64,000 nt of DNA from the human T2T-CHM13v2.0 reference genome, Homo sapiens, in NCBI RefSeq assembly GCF_009914755.1, contig NC_060934.1; one strand, given 5' to 3'. The notes under the pieces are model-generated. The model had not been told where the DNA came from, made no database searches, and saw nothing but the letters and a program-made list of their open reading frames with translations. The stretch's first letter is position 1. The number at the start of each line of letters is the position of its first letter. Shown here one piece after another: positions 42,618 to 56,932 of the stretch. A program made the translations under genes and the position numbers.

Positions 42618-42755
42618 ATTCCTTTTCTGGCCGAAGGGATCAGAATCCATGGAGACAAAGTCACGGAGGCACTGAGGCCGTTCCACGAGAGGATGGAGGC
42701 CTGTTTCAAACAGCTGAAGGAAAAGGTGGAGAAAGAGTACGGCGTCCGAATCATG
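42618..42755 (+). CDS. DOCK1: DOCK1 coding exon 10; [12 protein letters not shown]...EKEYGVRIM, end of DHR-2
   Basis: tttccag| ... |gtaaga; 138 nt, phase 0/0. Confidence 0.97.
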
Positions 42756-44174
42756 GTAAGAGGGTAGTATGCGTAGTGTTGCAGAAGAGTGGGTGTCTGG
42801 GCATCCCACTGTTGAACAGGGACAAGCTTCCAGAGCAGAGGAACTCACATGTACACATGGTGCCCGCTTAGGAAGTGGGATGTGAGGGAGCTCAGCCCCC
42901 TTGGGCAGTCTTGTCTACCGGCAACTCAGCAACCTCCTTTCAATAACTGGAAATGTCAGGGCGAATAAACATTCATGAATTTCCTTGATTACCAAATGCC
43001 CCCTCACCTGCTGTGAACACAGTCCAACCTTATTGTTGCAGAGCAATGGAGAAATCTCACAGCGCCCAGGCAACTCAGCTGGTTGACAGTGCACACCTAC
43101 AGTCATACAATACACACAGAGGGTTCGGTCATCCACAGGGCAACAGCACTCACGACGGCCCATGGCAGAGGTAGCCCAGCCCAAGGTTGACATCAGAGGA
43201 TCATGGCCATCGAGGAAGAAGTGACCAACATCTGGAGTGTGAAATTATTAGTGAAGATTTACCTATTGTAGGAAGGGGTAATTGATCTAGACCAAGGAAG
43301 ATAAGCCAGATGTGGTCAGGGGAGGAGATCAAGAAGACACTGCCTGGGGAAAGGACTCCCTCAACAGAGGCTGAGAGGCAGGAGTTTGAATGGCAGGCCA
43401 GGGGCCAGTGCAGACACAGGCATGCTTTGGGCAGAAGAGAAAATTCAGAGCGGAGATGGAAAGGCACCCAACCTCCAAGAACAAGGGATGCTAGGCTGGG
43501 GCAGGAGGCTCTGCTCGGGATGAAGGGCAGAACTGAGCTTTTGCAATGAGTTTATGGAAGGTTTCTGAGCAAAGGCTGGCATCAGGAGCAGGGTGGAGAG
43601 CAGCTTGAGTTTTAATGATGCAAAAACCTTGCAGTTCAAATCTTACAGCCCACTTGAGACTGTCCCCAGGAGCCATGCCTTAGCAGATGTGGGAGCAAAG
43701 CCAGGCACCGTGAGTCACAGTGCTGCCCTGCTTTGCAGCTCAGAGTGGTGCTCCCATCTTTACTCAGTCTCTGGGAGCTTTGCTGGGCCTACCCTGCCTG
43801 CTCGGGAACTGTGGAGACACCAGACACGGCAAAGGGTCCCCACTCCCCATTGTTCAGGGATGAGGGGCAATGTGGCACAGAGAAGCAGGGAGCTCTCTTC
43901 TGTCTACTGGAATTCCATGCCTGCCGGCACTGAGGGGGTGTGCACAGGGCTTCAACTCCCCGGCAAAAGGAAGGCGAGCTGTGGGAAGTCGCGCTGCTTC
44001 TCCCAGGTAACATACGGCACTTTCCTCTGCTCCTTGAAGACCAGGTGTCGAGTGGGGTGTGCCATTTTGGTTTTTTTCTGGGCCCAGGGCCGCCTGTCCA
44101 CCAGTCCCTGAAGTTCTCAGCTATTCTCTATTGAACCCTGTTTTCTTTGACACATTGATCTCAATAAGCAAACA

Positions 44175-44400
44175 GTAATTTAGTGCTCCCCACGTGCCAG
44201 GGACCTTCCTAAGTGCTGTATAGATACTCAGTTGCTTAATCTGCCTCACACTCTGTGAAGCAGGCACTGCAGTCATCTGCATTTTACAGTCAAGGAAACA
44301 GGGACATGGGAAGGTAAGTAGGTCACACCCTAGCACGTGGCAGACCCATGGTTCAAGCCCTATCCATGTACCTCCAGGGTCTGTGCTTTTAGCCCCTACT
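44175..44400. mobile_element. MIR
   Basis: cattttacagtcaaggaaacaggg...ggtcacac...ggttcaagccc. Confidence 0.7.
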
Positions 44401-45124
44401 CCAGGGGCTGACATTTGGCACCACAGAGCTTCTCCGCCTCTTTCCCACATGGTAGGAAATGCATATGAGACCTGGGCAACCCCTGAGAGAAGGTAATTTG
44501 GTTATGATCACACTGCATGCTCTCCCAGTCTCCCCGCCTCTGCCGGGCATGACCGAACCTTGGTGCCTCCAAGCCTAGGACCTGGTGTCCCTCAGATGAG
44601 AGGGTCCCAGGCCCAGCAGGGCTTGAACCCAACAAAGCCAACATAACACAACTGCTGCTCTGAGGTTGAAAACTCAGCAGGTGGGAGTCTGGAACTGCCA
44701 GCCCAGCGGGAGCTGCTGCAGGTAAACAGGCCTGGAAATCAGGGCTCTGTCCTTCAAGGCTGGGCTGGAGGATCCTTTGTGCAAGTCAGAATGCTAGAGT
44801 AGCGCTTGATAGCTTCAGAGCCTGCAACTCATTACAGTCAGAGCTGAGTGGCAAGAAGCGTTTCGGAGTGCGTCACATCGCATCTCTTTCAAAGTTGATG
44901 CCTGTATTAATTCATTCTAAGAAACAAACACTTGTGAAATCTTGACATTTTCTTCCTAAGTGAAAAGCTTCCTCTTTTCTCAGTCATTTAATGTATATTT
45001 CAAAATCACAGAAAGCTGTCTGGCTCACCAGACATCCTGCATATTCCCTTCTCTGCCACATTCATGAGTTCTGAGTGTGCTTGCTTTGGGCACAGGTGGA
45101 GAAAGCAAGGGCAGGAAGGTAGGG

Positions 45125-46104
45125 TGCTGTGGATTGGTGTGCTGTGTGGATTGGGGTGCCGTGTGAATTGGGGTGCCGTGTGAATTGGAGTGCCTTGTGG
45201 ATTGGGGTGCCGTGTGGATTGGGGTGTCATGTGGATTGGGGTGTCGTGTGGATTGGGGTGCCATGTCGATTGTGCCATGTGGATTGTGGTGTTGTGTGGA
45301 TTGGGGTGCCATGTGGATTGTGGTGTTGTGTGGATTGGGCTGCCATGTGGATTGTGCCATGTGGATTGGGGTGTCATGTGGATTGGAGTGCCGTGTGGAT
45401 TGGGGTGCCGTGTGGATTGGGGTACCGTGTGGATTGTGGTGCTGTGTGGACTGTGTCATGTGGATTGTGGTGTCCTGTGGATTGGGTTGCTGTGTGGATT
45501 GGGGTACCGTGTGGACTGTGGTGCTGTGTGGACTGTGTCATGTGGATTGGGGTGCCGTGTGGATTGGGGTACCGTGTGGATTGTGCCGTGTGGATTGGGG
45601 TGTCGTGTGGATTGGGGTGCCATGTGGATTGGGGTACCGTGTGGATTGAGCCGTGTGGATTGGGGTACCGTGTGGATTGTGCCGTGTGGATTGGGGTGCT
45701 GTGTGGATTCGGGTACCATGTGGATTGGGGTGCCGTGTGGATTGGGGTGCCGTGTGGATTGGGATGCCGTGTGGATTGGGGTGTCGTGTGGATTGGGGTG
45801 CCATGTGGATTGGGGTACCGTGTGGATTGAGCCGTGTGGATTGGGGTACCGTGTGGATTGTGCCGTGTGGATTGGGGTGCTGCGTGGATTCGGGTACCGT
45901 GTGGATTGTGCCGTGTGGATTGGGGTGCTGTGTGGATTCGGGTACCATGTGGATTGGGGTGCCGTGTGGATTGGGGTGCCGTGTGGATTGGGATGCCGTG
46001 TGGATTGGGGTGCCGTGTGGATTGGGGTGTCATGTGGATTGGGGTGCTGTGTGGATTGGGGTACCATGTGGATTGGGGTGCCGTGTGGATTGGGATGCTG
46101 TGTG
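45125..46104. repeat. G-rich minisatellite, 17-bp unit with 14-bp variants, about 60 units
   Basis: Unit gtgtggattggggtgcc; short variant gtgtggattgtgcc. Confidence 0.97.
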
Positions 46105-46767
46105 TCCTTGGTTGGAGCTTATTTCCAGCACATTGTGAGGCAGCACCGTCTCCATCAACCTCCCCACCCTTCTCTGTAGCACCAGCTGGGTCACCCCGTC
46201 TAGGGGGTGGGAGGCTTTTACAGAATGAAGGTTGCATTTTCCACCCTGAGATACTTTGTTCCCCGGACCCACCTTGCAGAGTCCTGCTCCATCCTTTGAC
46301 CGCAACAGCAGGCTCTGCAAGCATCCTTTGAGAGTCAAGGGGACTGGCAGGTCCCCTTGTCCTTCCCTGAGAAATGTGGCAATAAAACGCAGTCTGGGAT
46401 GTGCCTTTCCTGTCTTACCTACTTTGGAAACTTGCAATCATCTCAGAGCACTTTGAAAAGCAATCTAGTATCACCCTGTTTGCAAAAAAGATGGATTTTA
46501 AAATTTAAAAATAAACCCATAGAAAGGACATAAACCATTTTGTCAGTGTTTCTGAGCCAGCTTAAGCCATAGAAAGAGAAGATGTGGACGCCCTCTGACT
46601 TCTCGATACCCAGGCCCCTCTGCCACTCTGCCTTGGCTTTCATCGTGTTCCCAGTCCTGGGGCTCCAAGGAGCTGCCATTCCCTGGATGGGAGCTCTGCA
46701 GCCCAGCTTCTCCTGACCTTTAGGGAGCGAGGTGTGCAGGGCCCCAGGGATGAGCCCGTGAGCACCT

Positions 46768-46853
46768 GCCACGTTCGGCATTGGCCCCCGTGCCCTCACC
46801 GGCCCACAGCGCCACGTTCGGCATTGGCCCCCGTGCCCTCACCGGCCCACAGC
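46768..46853. repeat. Perfect 43-bp tandem duplication
   Basis: gccacgttcggcattggcccccgtgccctcaccggcccacagc at 46768 and 46811. Confidence 0.95.
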
Positions 46854-48647
46854 GTGCAGGAGGCATGTGTGTTGGCCTTCAGGCTTGTGAAAAAGAGCTT
46901 TAGGTTTCTCACCAAAACTTCATCTACCTCTTCAAGTCCGATTAGGAGCAGGGAAATTGATCCTGGTTCTGCATTCTCTCTACTCCCATCCACCTCATCA
47001 CTCCAAACACCATGGAGAGCCATAACCCCAAGATGCCATCGTCCCCCTCTCCCCTCCCCACCTACAGTCACAACACCCGCTGGCCACCCAGACCCGGGAG
47101 AGAACCAGGAGTCACCCTTCCTCCCTCAAGTTAGTTCTAGCTGTGGTATCCCCTGGTGGTGCTGGGGTTCACCCCACCATCTTTGCCATCACAGTTGGCC
47201 CCTGACCTGGCCCCCAGCTTCCAGGATTTCTCCTCTCTCGCCCTCCCTCCACAGCTGCCGGGGGGACCCATCCCAGTAGTTCTCTTAACTGGGATCCATG
47301 AGACCCTGGGGTTCCTCAGAGGCTGTTGGGAGGGGTGTTGACTGGGAGGTGGAGCTGATAGCCCCTGCCTCAGCAGGAACATTTAGCTTCACCTATTCCT
47401 TGTGCTGGAGTTCCATGGTGAGGAGAAGCAGTGTGGCATGGCCTACAAGAACAGCCAGGGACCAGGGTTCTGTTTCAGATGCAGAGCTGATGGTGCAGTT
47501 GTGTCCTTCAGTCTTGTGGCCTCTGAGGGCCGGCCAAGGTTCTAACATCACACTCGCACCCTCCCTGCTGGGCCTGCCCATCTTCTGCCCCACCCCCCAG
47601 CCCCTCCTCCCCCACCTGCTCTCTCCAAAGGAAAATGTGTCACCCTCTGTGGATTTCCAGGCTGTAGCTGGCATTTGTATAGCATCTGGAAAGGGACATT
47701 CCAGATCACGATGAAGTGTGCCTGCTTCTTACCCTTCCTTGTACAGCACTGGTCCCTGTGATTAAGTTCAGCCAACCCCTTCAACCCAGCCCATTCCCAT
47801 CCAAGACTCTGGGCAGTAAACACCTGTGGCTGGCTCAAGGTGGGACGTTACAGCTCAGCCGGGAGACAGCGACGTAAAACTCAGGGTCATTAGGCAGGGC
47901 CAGAGGATCGCTCCTGGTCAGAAAACTGGAATGAGTGTTTGCTCAGGCGGTGAAGACAGCAGCAGCCATCAGGGTAAGGAGCCCTGTGGGCTTCCCCGGC
48001 ATCATTTCATTTAGTTCTAATGCTGGCCCTCTGGGCAGGGAAGACTGCTCCCTGTGTGCTCAGGAGGAAGCTGGGGCTCCGAGTGGCTCGGGGTTTTATG
48101 GAGGGTCACACCATCAGTGCCAGGGCCACAATTCCAGCCTAGTTCCAATGTCCCCAACTCCTACCCACCAGCCCTACTTTCAGTCACAGTGTCTGGCCGT
48201 GGAGTCCCACCTCCCAGGACTGGTTGAGACCCTAATTGCATCAGATGAAACAAAAGTAAAGCCCTGATGTCTTGATTTCTAGAGGCTCAATCAAGAAGGA
48301 ATTATGCGGCAGACCGCCCAGTAAACCCATGGTCGCACCCAGGGAGTGCCCTCTGTCTCTCCTTGACGGGAGTCATCCTCCTGCCAACCCCCTTCCTTTA
48401 TTCCTTGAAATCCATACTCACACATCTCAACCAAGACCTGAGGTCACCTTCTGAGATTATGTATGGGGTAAGGTTTTCACAGTTGGGGATAATCCCCAAG
48501 CAACCATTTCCCTTTTAGTTTCTTCTAAAGGCAGAGTAATTACAGTGAACATCTCCATGAAGCTATCCCCTGGCACCATCATTGGTGCAGGTCCAAGACT
48601 GACCAGCCCCTCTCTGCTGGCAAATCCCAGCTGCACGTCACTCAGAG

Positions 48648-49192
48648 CCAGTGGTCAGCAAACTGTGGCCCCTGGCGTGGTTGTGTAAATAAAGTTTTGT
48701 TGACAGGCAGGCCATGCTCATTCATTTCTGTATTATCTGTGGCTGCTTTTGTGCTGTCGTGGCAGCGCGTGCTAGTTTCCACAGAGACCATATGTCCTGC
48801 AAGCCTAAAATACTTACCTGGTCCTTTGCAGCAGAGGTCCCAGCCCTCAGGCAGTGGACTGGTATCAGTCTGTGGCCCGTTAGGAACTGGGCCCACAGCT
48901 GGAGGTGAGCGGCGGGTGAGGGAGCATTACTGTCTGAGCTCTGCCTCCTATCAGATCAGTGGCAGCATTAGATTCTCATGGGAGCATGAACTCGATTGTA
49001 AACTGTGCATGTGAGGGATCTGGGTTGTGCACTCCTTATGAGAATCTAATGCCTGATGATCTGAGGTGCAACAGTTTCATCCTGAAACCATCTCCTGCTG
49101 GTCTGTGGAAAAATTGTATTCCACGATACCGGTTCCTGGTGCCAAAAAGGTTGGGGACAACTGCTTTACAGAAAATGTGGGCCAATTCCTGC
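48648..49192. mobile_element. MER58A interrupted by MER1B (48832-49163)
   Basis: MER1B ends cagaggtcccca / ttggggacaactg; TSD ctttgcag (48824-48831) / ctttacag (49164-49171). Confidence 0.85.
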
Positions 49193-50272
49193 CCTTTTAC
49201 AATTTTGAGCTTCTTATTATGAAAGAGATAGTTTACACATCAAATGCTGTTTTATTTGGGATCACATATTTAAGAAAAAGGCCCACTTTTCAGAAGGGGA
49301 AGTGGCGTTATATTAATCTTACCTGTAATCTACCGCTTCTGGCCTTGGAGGGCTGGAACCATGGTCCACAGCAGGTCTTCTGTAGTTGATTGGCTGAATG
49401 AGATGGGCGGGGTGGGGTTGCAGGGTGGGGAAGTCAACGCCACACAGAGAGGAAGTGCCCTACAGGAACTTAGTTTCCACATCCTCAGGTTAAAGGAAGG
49501 TCCTTGTGCAGCAGCTGCAGTCCCAGATGTGCCAACATCTGGCTCGGGGTGCAGGTACCCTGGAATTTTCTAGCTAATGAGATGTGGACACATGCTGTAT
49601 TTCAAGGACACTTGCTTCTGTAATATGTCAAGAAGAAGATGGAAAAGTCCATCTAGAGATCTTTTTTTTGTTTGTTTTTGGCACAATGCATCACTAGTTC
49701 ACTACCTAGCAAGTGGGAGAAGCTTTAGCAACTTCAGCAGCGGTTTCACCTACTCAGTGGCTTCAGTCACTTGCAGAAAGGAAACGTACTCTTCATTAAG
49801 CAGCAGGAGCATGTTATTTTTGTCTAGAGGAGGTCAGTCATTATGGATTCATGCATTTTGATGGCCCGTGTAGTCTGTCAACCTGCAGAGATACACAAAA
49901 TGCATCTAAAGATCGAAAGACTCTTTAATCACTCTCTAGGTGTTACTCTACATTAAACTTTCTGGTCGGCACATTCTCCTGTGGCTTTGGAATGTGTTGA
50001 CGCATCGCGGTCTTTGAAGAAAACTTGCACTGTGTATTAAAAGGCTAAGAAGGTTCCTTCTGATACTTTCACAGTATTGGGTTAGGTTTTAAAAGACTCA
50101 AAAATAATCATTGTTTTTGTCTTCCACTCAGAACAAGAACATGTACTGTTTACAGAAGTCTGAACGATGATGGTCTCGATTCCACACAGCTAAGGCCACT
50201 TTATCTCAGGAGTCTGACCATGGCAGGCACAGGCATCAAACAAGTCTCCTTCTCTCTCTTTCTCGCTCTCAG

Positions 50273-50418
50273 CCCTCAAGTCTGGATGATAGAAGAGGCA
50301 GCCGCCCCCGGTCCATGGTGCGGTCCTTCACGATGCCTTCCTCATCCCGCCCTCTGTCTGTGGCCTCTGTCTCTTCCCTCTCATCGGACAGCACCCCTTC
50401 CAGACCAGGCTCCGACGG
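50273..50418 (+). CDS. DOCK1: DOCK1 coding exon 11; Ser-rich linker PSSLDDRRGSRPRS...RPGSD
   Basis: Long CT tract plus cag| ... GG|gtgagt; 146 nt, phase 0/2. Confidence 0.96.
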
Positions 50419-50709
50419 GTGAGTCAAGCTCACAGCAGGGCTGAGCTGAGCAGTGAGGGCTTGGGGGATCTGGAAGGAGCCACCCAGGGCTCTGGGTTTA
50501 TTTTCTTACAACTGAGGATTTTGTGTTCATCAAAATTATCTTTGAAACTGAGACCCTCCGAGACTTTCTGACCGTAGTGCCCAATATTACTTTGAGGTCG
50601 TGTGAGTTGTTGAGAAAAACATCCTCTCTTTGGGTACCACTTTGGGTAAGGTTTTCATCCAATTTAGAACCTCCAGTGAGTGTTCAGTCCTCTTCAGCAT
50701 GGCTTAGAA

Positions 50710-50945
50710 CAAGCTTGTCCACCCGCGGCCCACGGGCCACATGCAGCCCAGGATGGCTTTGAATGTGGCCCAACACCAATCCATAAACTCCTTAAAACAG
50801 TATGAGATTGTTTTTGTGATTTCTTCTTTTTTTTTTTTTAATAGCTCATCAGCTATTGTTAGTGTTAGTGTATTTCATGTGTGGCCCAAGACAATTCTTC
50901 TTCTTCTAATGTGGCTCAGGGAAGCCAAAAGATTGGGCACCCCTG
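50710..50945. mobile_element. MER30 (hAT-Charlie)
   Basis: caagcttgtcca...cagcccaggatggctttgaatgtggcccaacac...gccaaaagattgggcacccctg. Confidence 0.85.
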
Positions 50946-51334
50946 GGAAAAAGCAAGGTGCAGTCCGGGCTGGCCAAGCGCTTTGTACTTTTCATCTCCT
51001 GTTCACCTCCAGGGTGTTGTGCCCGGACAGGAGCTGGTGTGGTCTGACCATGACACAACCTCCACTGTCCCCCTGTGACACCATTCTGCCAAGCCAACTG
51101 TCACAGAGTCAGGCTTTCATGATGGATGGCCGGGCCTTCTTTTTTTTTTTTCTTTTCCTCCCTTCCTCATTTTTTTGGAGAGCAAATGTTTTGTTTATTT
51201 TTGTTTCTGCTGAGGTTTATTGCCTTTTAAAGGGAAATGGTGTTTAAGTGAATGCTTCTGAGAATGACCATCTGTCCCTACTTTTTAGGACAACTCTGGA
51301 AAATAAAAGGCATATTATCCTTTTTAAAAAATTT

Positions 51335-51990
<656 letters not shown>

Positions 51991-53225
51991 GCCACCTTCT
52001 TTGTACAAGGCCACTTTGGAGATGCATTTTTGCTCTTGAGTACCCAATAGTTAACATTTATTGAGCACACACTGTGGCTCTGGCATTAGCTCAGGTTATT
52101 GCAAAGAGAACTGCAACATTGGTATTTTTTTGTATTTTTGAGCGGCAAGCATGTAAAGTTTGTTCTTCTACAAAAAGAAAAAAATGTTGCATGCAATTTA
52201 AACAACACAGAAGAACCTCTAATTGTTTTACTGCTGATTTGTACAGTTGTTTGTGTGTCCAATCCCATTTTGTTTACAATCCATCACCCTATCAAACCCA
52301 CAGGCATCTGGCCCCCTCAACACACAGAAACAAACTTCCAGAGAGCCCCAAGGGACGGCTCAACTCGGATTGCCCTTTGTTGCCAACGACTGATGTGCCC
52401 GATGGAGAATTGCAAACTATCCCCATATTTTTTCTTAACAGTAATTTTTATCAGCGTCTGATATTTATAAGGCCAAGTCCATATGGAAATTCTCAATTTA
52501 GAGGTATTTAAATCATGTGTGCTTGTCACTTACAGCAAGATTGCTAAAGAAATTTAATTCAACTTCTCCCCGAGAAAATCCCCGGACTGGTTATGGAAAG
52601 GTTTTTATATTTCTAGGAACATAGGGGTTAGGGTGGAAATTAATGGAGAGGTTTTAGACAGAAGAGTGGTGAATTGCACATGTGAGCTCGGGCTGCTGGC
52701 TCTTCCCCAGAAGGCATTTGTTTAACCTTTAACTGGAAGGCGTCTTTATTACAGTCCAGATTTGTGTTCATTCTTGGGGTTACCACCCTTTGCTAGCTAA
52801 CTAATGTGGAGAAAATGAGGCTTTGGTCTCAAATGGCACAGGTTACATGCAGAATAAAGTTCATCCTGTAGGCAGTTGCTTCTCGTAATATGAAAATTTA
52901 AAACTCCACCTGCCTTTCTCTGGGTTCTTTGTATACGCATCAGGATTTCACAACCCGGGTCTTCTCCCTGAGCTAAACAGCATCTACTAATCCTTTTCTT
53001 ACCTACATTATCTCAAGTTCTGCTAAACCTAGAATAAAATCATGAAATGTTTGGTTGTTGCTTATAATAGATAAAATATTTCTCACCTAATGGATATGGA
53101 TGTATTGTATATCCAGTGCGAAAAGTCCAGATGTCCCAAAATGCCTTAATGATCTAAGTCAATATTGGTATATTTTATCAATCAGTTTAAATTTTTTAAG
53201 CATTTTAGTATAGAAAAATGTCAAA

Positions 53226-53520
53226 GCTGAGTACAGTGGCTCATGCCTAAAATCCCAGCACTTTGGGAGGCTGAGGCAGGTGGATTGCTTGAGCTCTGGA
53301 GTTCAAGACCAGCCTAGGCAACATAACGAAACCCCATCTCTACAAAAAAATATAAAAATTAGCTGGGTGTGGTGGTGCATGCCTGTAGTCTCAGCTACCT
53401 GGGAGGCTGAGGTGGGAGGATCACCTGAACCTGGAGAGGTTGTGGCTGTAGTGAGCCATGATTGAACCACTGCACTCCAGCCTGGGCAACAGAGTGAGAC
53501 TCTGTTTCAGAAAAAAAGAA
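53226..53520 (+). mobile_element. AluJ
   Basis: ggattgcttgagc, gaggtgggaggatcacctga and gtgagccatgatt are J-type diagnostics. Confidence 0.9.
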
Positions 53521-54230
53521 ACATTTCAGATATGTACAAAGTGGGCCAAACAGTGTAATGAGGCCCCCATGCCCCATCATGCAGTCTTGACAATTATCAG
53601 CTTTTAACTAATCTTTTTTTTTCAATCTGTATCAATCATATTTTCCAGCAAATCTCAAATATCATATTTTATCTATAGCTATTTCACTATGAATTTCTAA
53701 TTTAAACTCTTTTTTAAAACCATAACTCGGTTATATTATATAAACTATAGTAATATAGTTTATTTCACACCAAAAATATTGACAGGAATTCCATATTATA
53801 ATAATACATGAGTGTTAATTTCCCATTGTCATGTCTTTTTTTTTAGTTGGAGGCAAAATCCAAATAAGGTTCCCACCTTGTACCTTGCACTTGGTTGATA
53901 TTATCTCTTTAAGTCTCTTTTAGTCCCCTTTTCTCCCTTGTAATTTATTTGTGGGAAATCCTAGGTTGTGTATCCTGTCATGGTCCCCACCATCAGGACT
54001 CTGCTGATAGCGTGCCCTATCGCATTGTTTAATTCGCGTCTCGATTCTCCATATTCCCTGCATATTGGTGGTTGAATCTAGCGATTTGATCAGATTCAGA
54101 TTTGATTTAGGGACAAGATGACTTCATAGGTACTTGTGTGTTCTTCCATTCAGAGGCACATCATAACCTGTTCTCTCTCTTATGGAGATGTTAACAGCTA
54201 TTGATAATCAGTGCTTAGATTCAATACCAT
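53521..54230 (-). mobile_element. Highly diverged L1ME-like fragment
   Basis: atccaaataaggt...cacttggttgat...tctctttaagtctctttta motifs. Confidence 0.5.
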
Positions 54231-54323
54231 TATTGTTTACATAGTGACCTGCAGCAGATCCTACTGCACAGCCATATTAGATGAGAGAAGCAAAGAATAG
54301 GTGGTGGTCCTTGCTCTGGGTAG

Positions 54324-54831
<508 letters not shown>

Positions 54832-56006
54832 TAGAGCTAGGATGAAAATATGACTGGCTGGCTAAATTATCTTCTCTTGAAATCATGCTCCCCTTGAAGA
54901 AGCCAATTGCTTCTCCAGGCGGTCAAGGAAGTCAGGTTTGGAAGTTGCTGTGAGGCTCAGAGCTCCAAAGAGCAGGCTGTATTTTGAAAATGTAAGATCC
55001 TAGTAACAGCACTGCCTTCCACGTGAGTTATGCTATATGGTTTTTCAGGCGGGCCCATGCCTTCATCCATTCAACCATCTCTCCTGACTCCTCCTCACAG
55101 CAGGAGCTGCTAGGGATGAGACTCCAGTCTTAGAGTTGGATCCATTTCTTCCACCTCCTGATAGGACTTCTAGGACCAGAAACAGGATGGACATGCCAAT
55201 CTTGTGTTGGAGTGACAAATCACAATCGTGTGTGGATATGCTTGCACACTAACCTTTTGGTACATGCCTTAGACACTAGCCTAAGATTCATTTACTCCAT
55301 GGTATAACCACGAATGTGTCTTTACAGCAACTGTGGGGTAGGCAGAAGGGTGGTGGTGTCTTTATACCCTTTTATAAGTGAGACAGCTGCCAGAGGTTAC
55401 GAGGACATCAAGAGTCACCCACAGTGGCAGACCTAGAATGCAGGTCTTCTGTCTCCAGCTTAGTTGCTGGCTGGAAACCTCAGGGCATCTCCAAGCACCT
55501 GTGAGCTGGCCCTGGCTTGCTTCTGACTGAGCCATGCAAAGTGCTTTCACCTGAAAACAACCGTCTATCTGTAATCATAGAGCCTTGGTCAGGATCAAGG
55601 TAGCAGACATTTCTTTGCATTGACGTCTATTTTTCCCCATTAAAAAATAGACAAAATATTTCTATATAAATCTCTAAAAGACGAGGGTTCCCCTTTTGAA
55701 ATATGCCCTAAATACCATCCTCCCATCGTAAATGAACAATTCCTTAATATCATCATCAAATATCCGGTCAGACTTCACATTTGCCCTATCGTGCTAAGTG
55801 TTCTATCTTTTTCCAGTTTATCTGTGTTGGGATTGAAACACAGTCCTTGCATCTGGTGACTGTGTATCTGAAGTCACCCTTGGCCTCCCTTTTAAATCAC
55901 TGCTTTCATTGTAAATGTCTTCGATGGATTGTGAGTGACTTTACACGTGTCTGTGGGCTGGAAAGCAATTGCTCTCCTATTAAGACGTCATTGACCTTTC
56001 CTTTAG

Positions 56007-56205
56007 GTTTGCCCTGGAGCCTCTCCTGCCAAAGAAAATGCACTCCAGGTCCCAGGACAAGCTGGACAAGGATGACCTGGAGAAGGAGAAGAAGGACAAG
56101 AAGAAGGAAAAAAGGAACAGCAAACATCAAGAGATATTTGAGAAAGAATTTAAACCCACCGACATTTCCCTGCAGCAGTCTGAGGCTGTGATCCTTTCGG
56201 AAACG
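56007..56205 (+). CDS. DOCK1: DOCK1 coding exon 12; polybasic region (G)FALEPLLPKK...EKEKKDKKKEKRNSK...ILSET
   Basis: ctttag| ... |gtaacc; 199 nt, phase 2/0. Confidence 0.96.
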
Positions 56206-56932
56206 GTAACCCGACAGGGTATCTTTCCTCGCTCTGCGGTAGCTTCAGGGACCTACCTTTGCCCCACCTGTAGCCAACAGGGCTGACGGTGGGCTCTTAT
56301 TGAACTTGTTATAAATTAGCAACTCAGAAACCTGGGGTCCTCCTCCCCTAACCTCAAATGTCCCAAGGCAGTAGGACAGCCAGAGCCACAGAGAGACCTG
56401 GAGGAAGGTGGGCTTAGCATTTGTCCCCCTTCCGCAGGGCCTGGGGCGAGGCCGCTCTGCTGCTAGGCTCTGCCGCTCTGTTGGACTTGTTTCCTACACA
56501 TGTCCTAATATCCCAGAAGATGAGCAGGAGTCCTTTTGTTGTCAGGAAACAGTCCTTGGTGTCCGCTAATGCCTTCCCCTTGCCCCTTGCTGACTGGAAC
56601 TCTTCTAAGCTAGTTACGGCCCAAGTGTTAAAATCAGCGGAACTAGAATCCAAAGACCTCTTCCCACCGGGCCCCAGAAGCTGGATCCAGTCCTGGGGTA
56701 TCCTGCTCTGTCTCATCTGCTCCACCTTTAAATCTCCTGGCCGTCTTTCACAAGGACTTAACAGGGACTTCACATGACCCGTACTGCTGAGCTGACCTTG
56801 AAGACGGGTCCCAGTGAGTCTCGTTCATTCCACAGTCGTGGGCGTGTGAGGGCGGTGAAACCCAGGAGCCGGCTCTCATCCTGGGGCTGGGCCTGAGGGC
56901 TGATCCTCCCAGAAGTGCACCACATTGGGAAT

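Noticed and set aside
45006-46331. Long ORFs (up to 329 aa) on both strands
   Set aside because: They are stop-free readings of the 17/14-bp minisatellite, with repetitive peptides in several frames and no coding context
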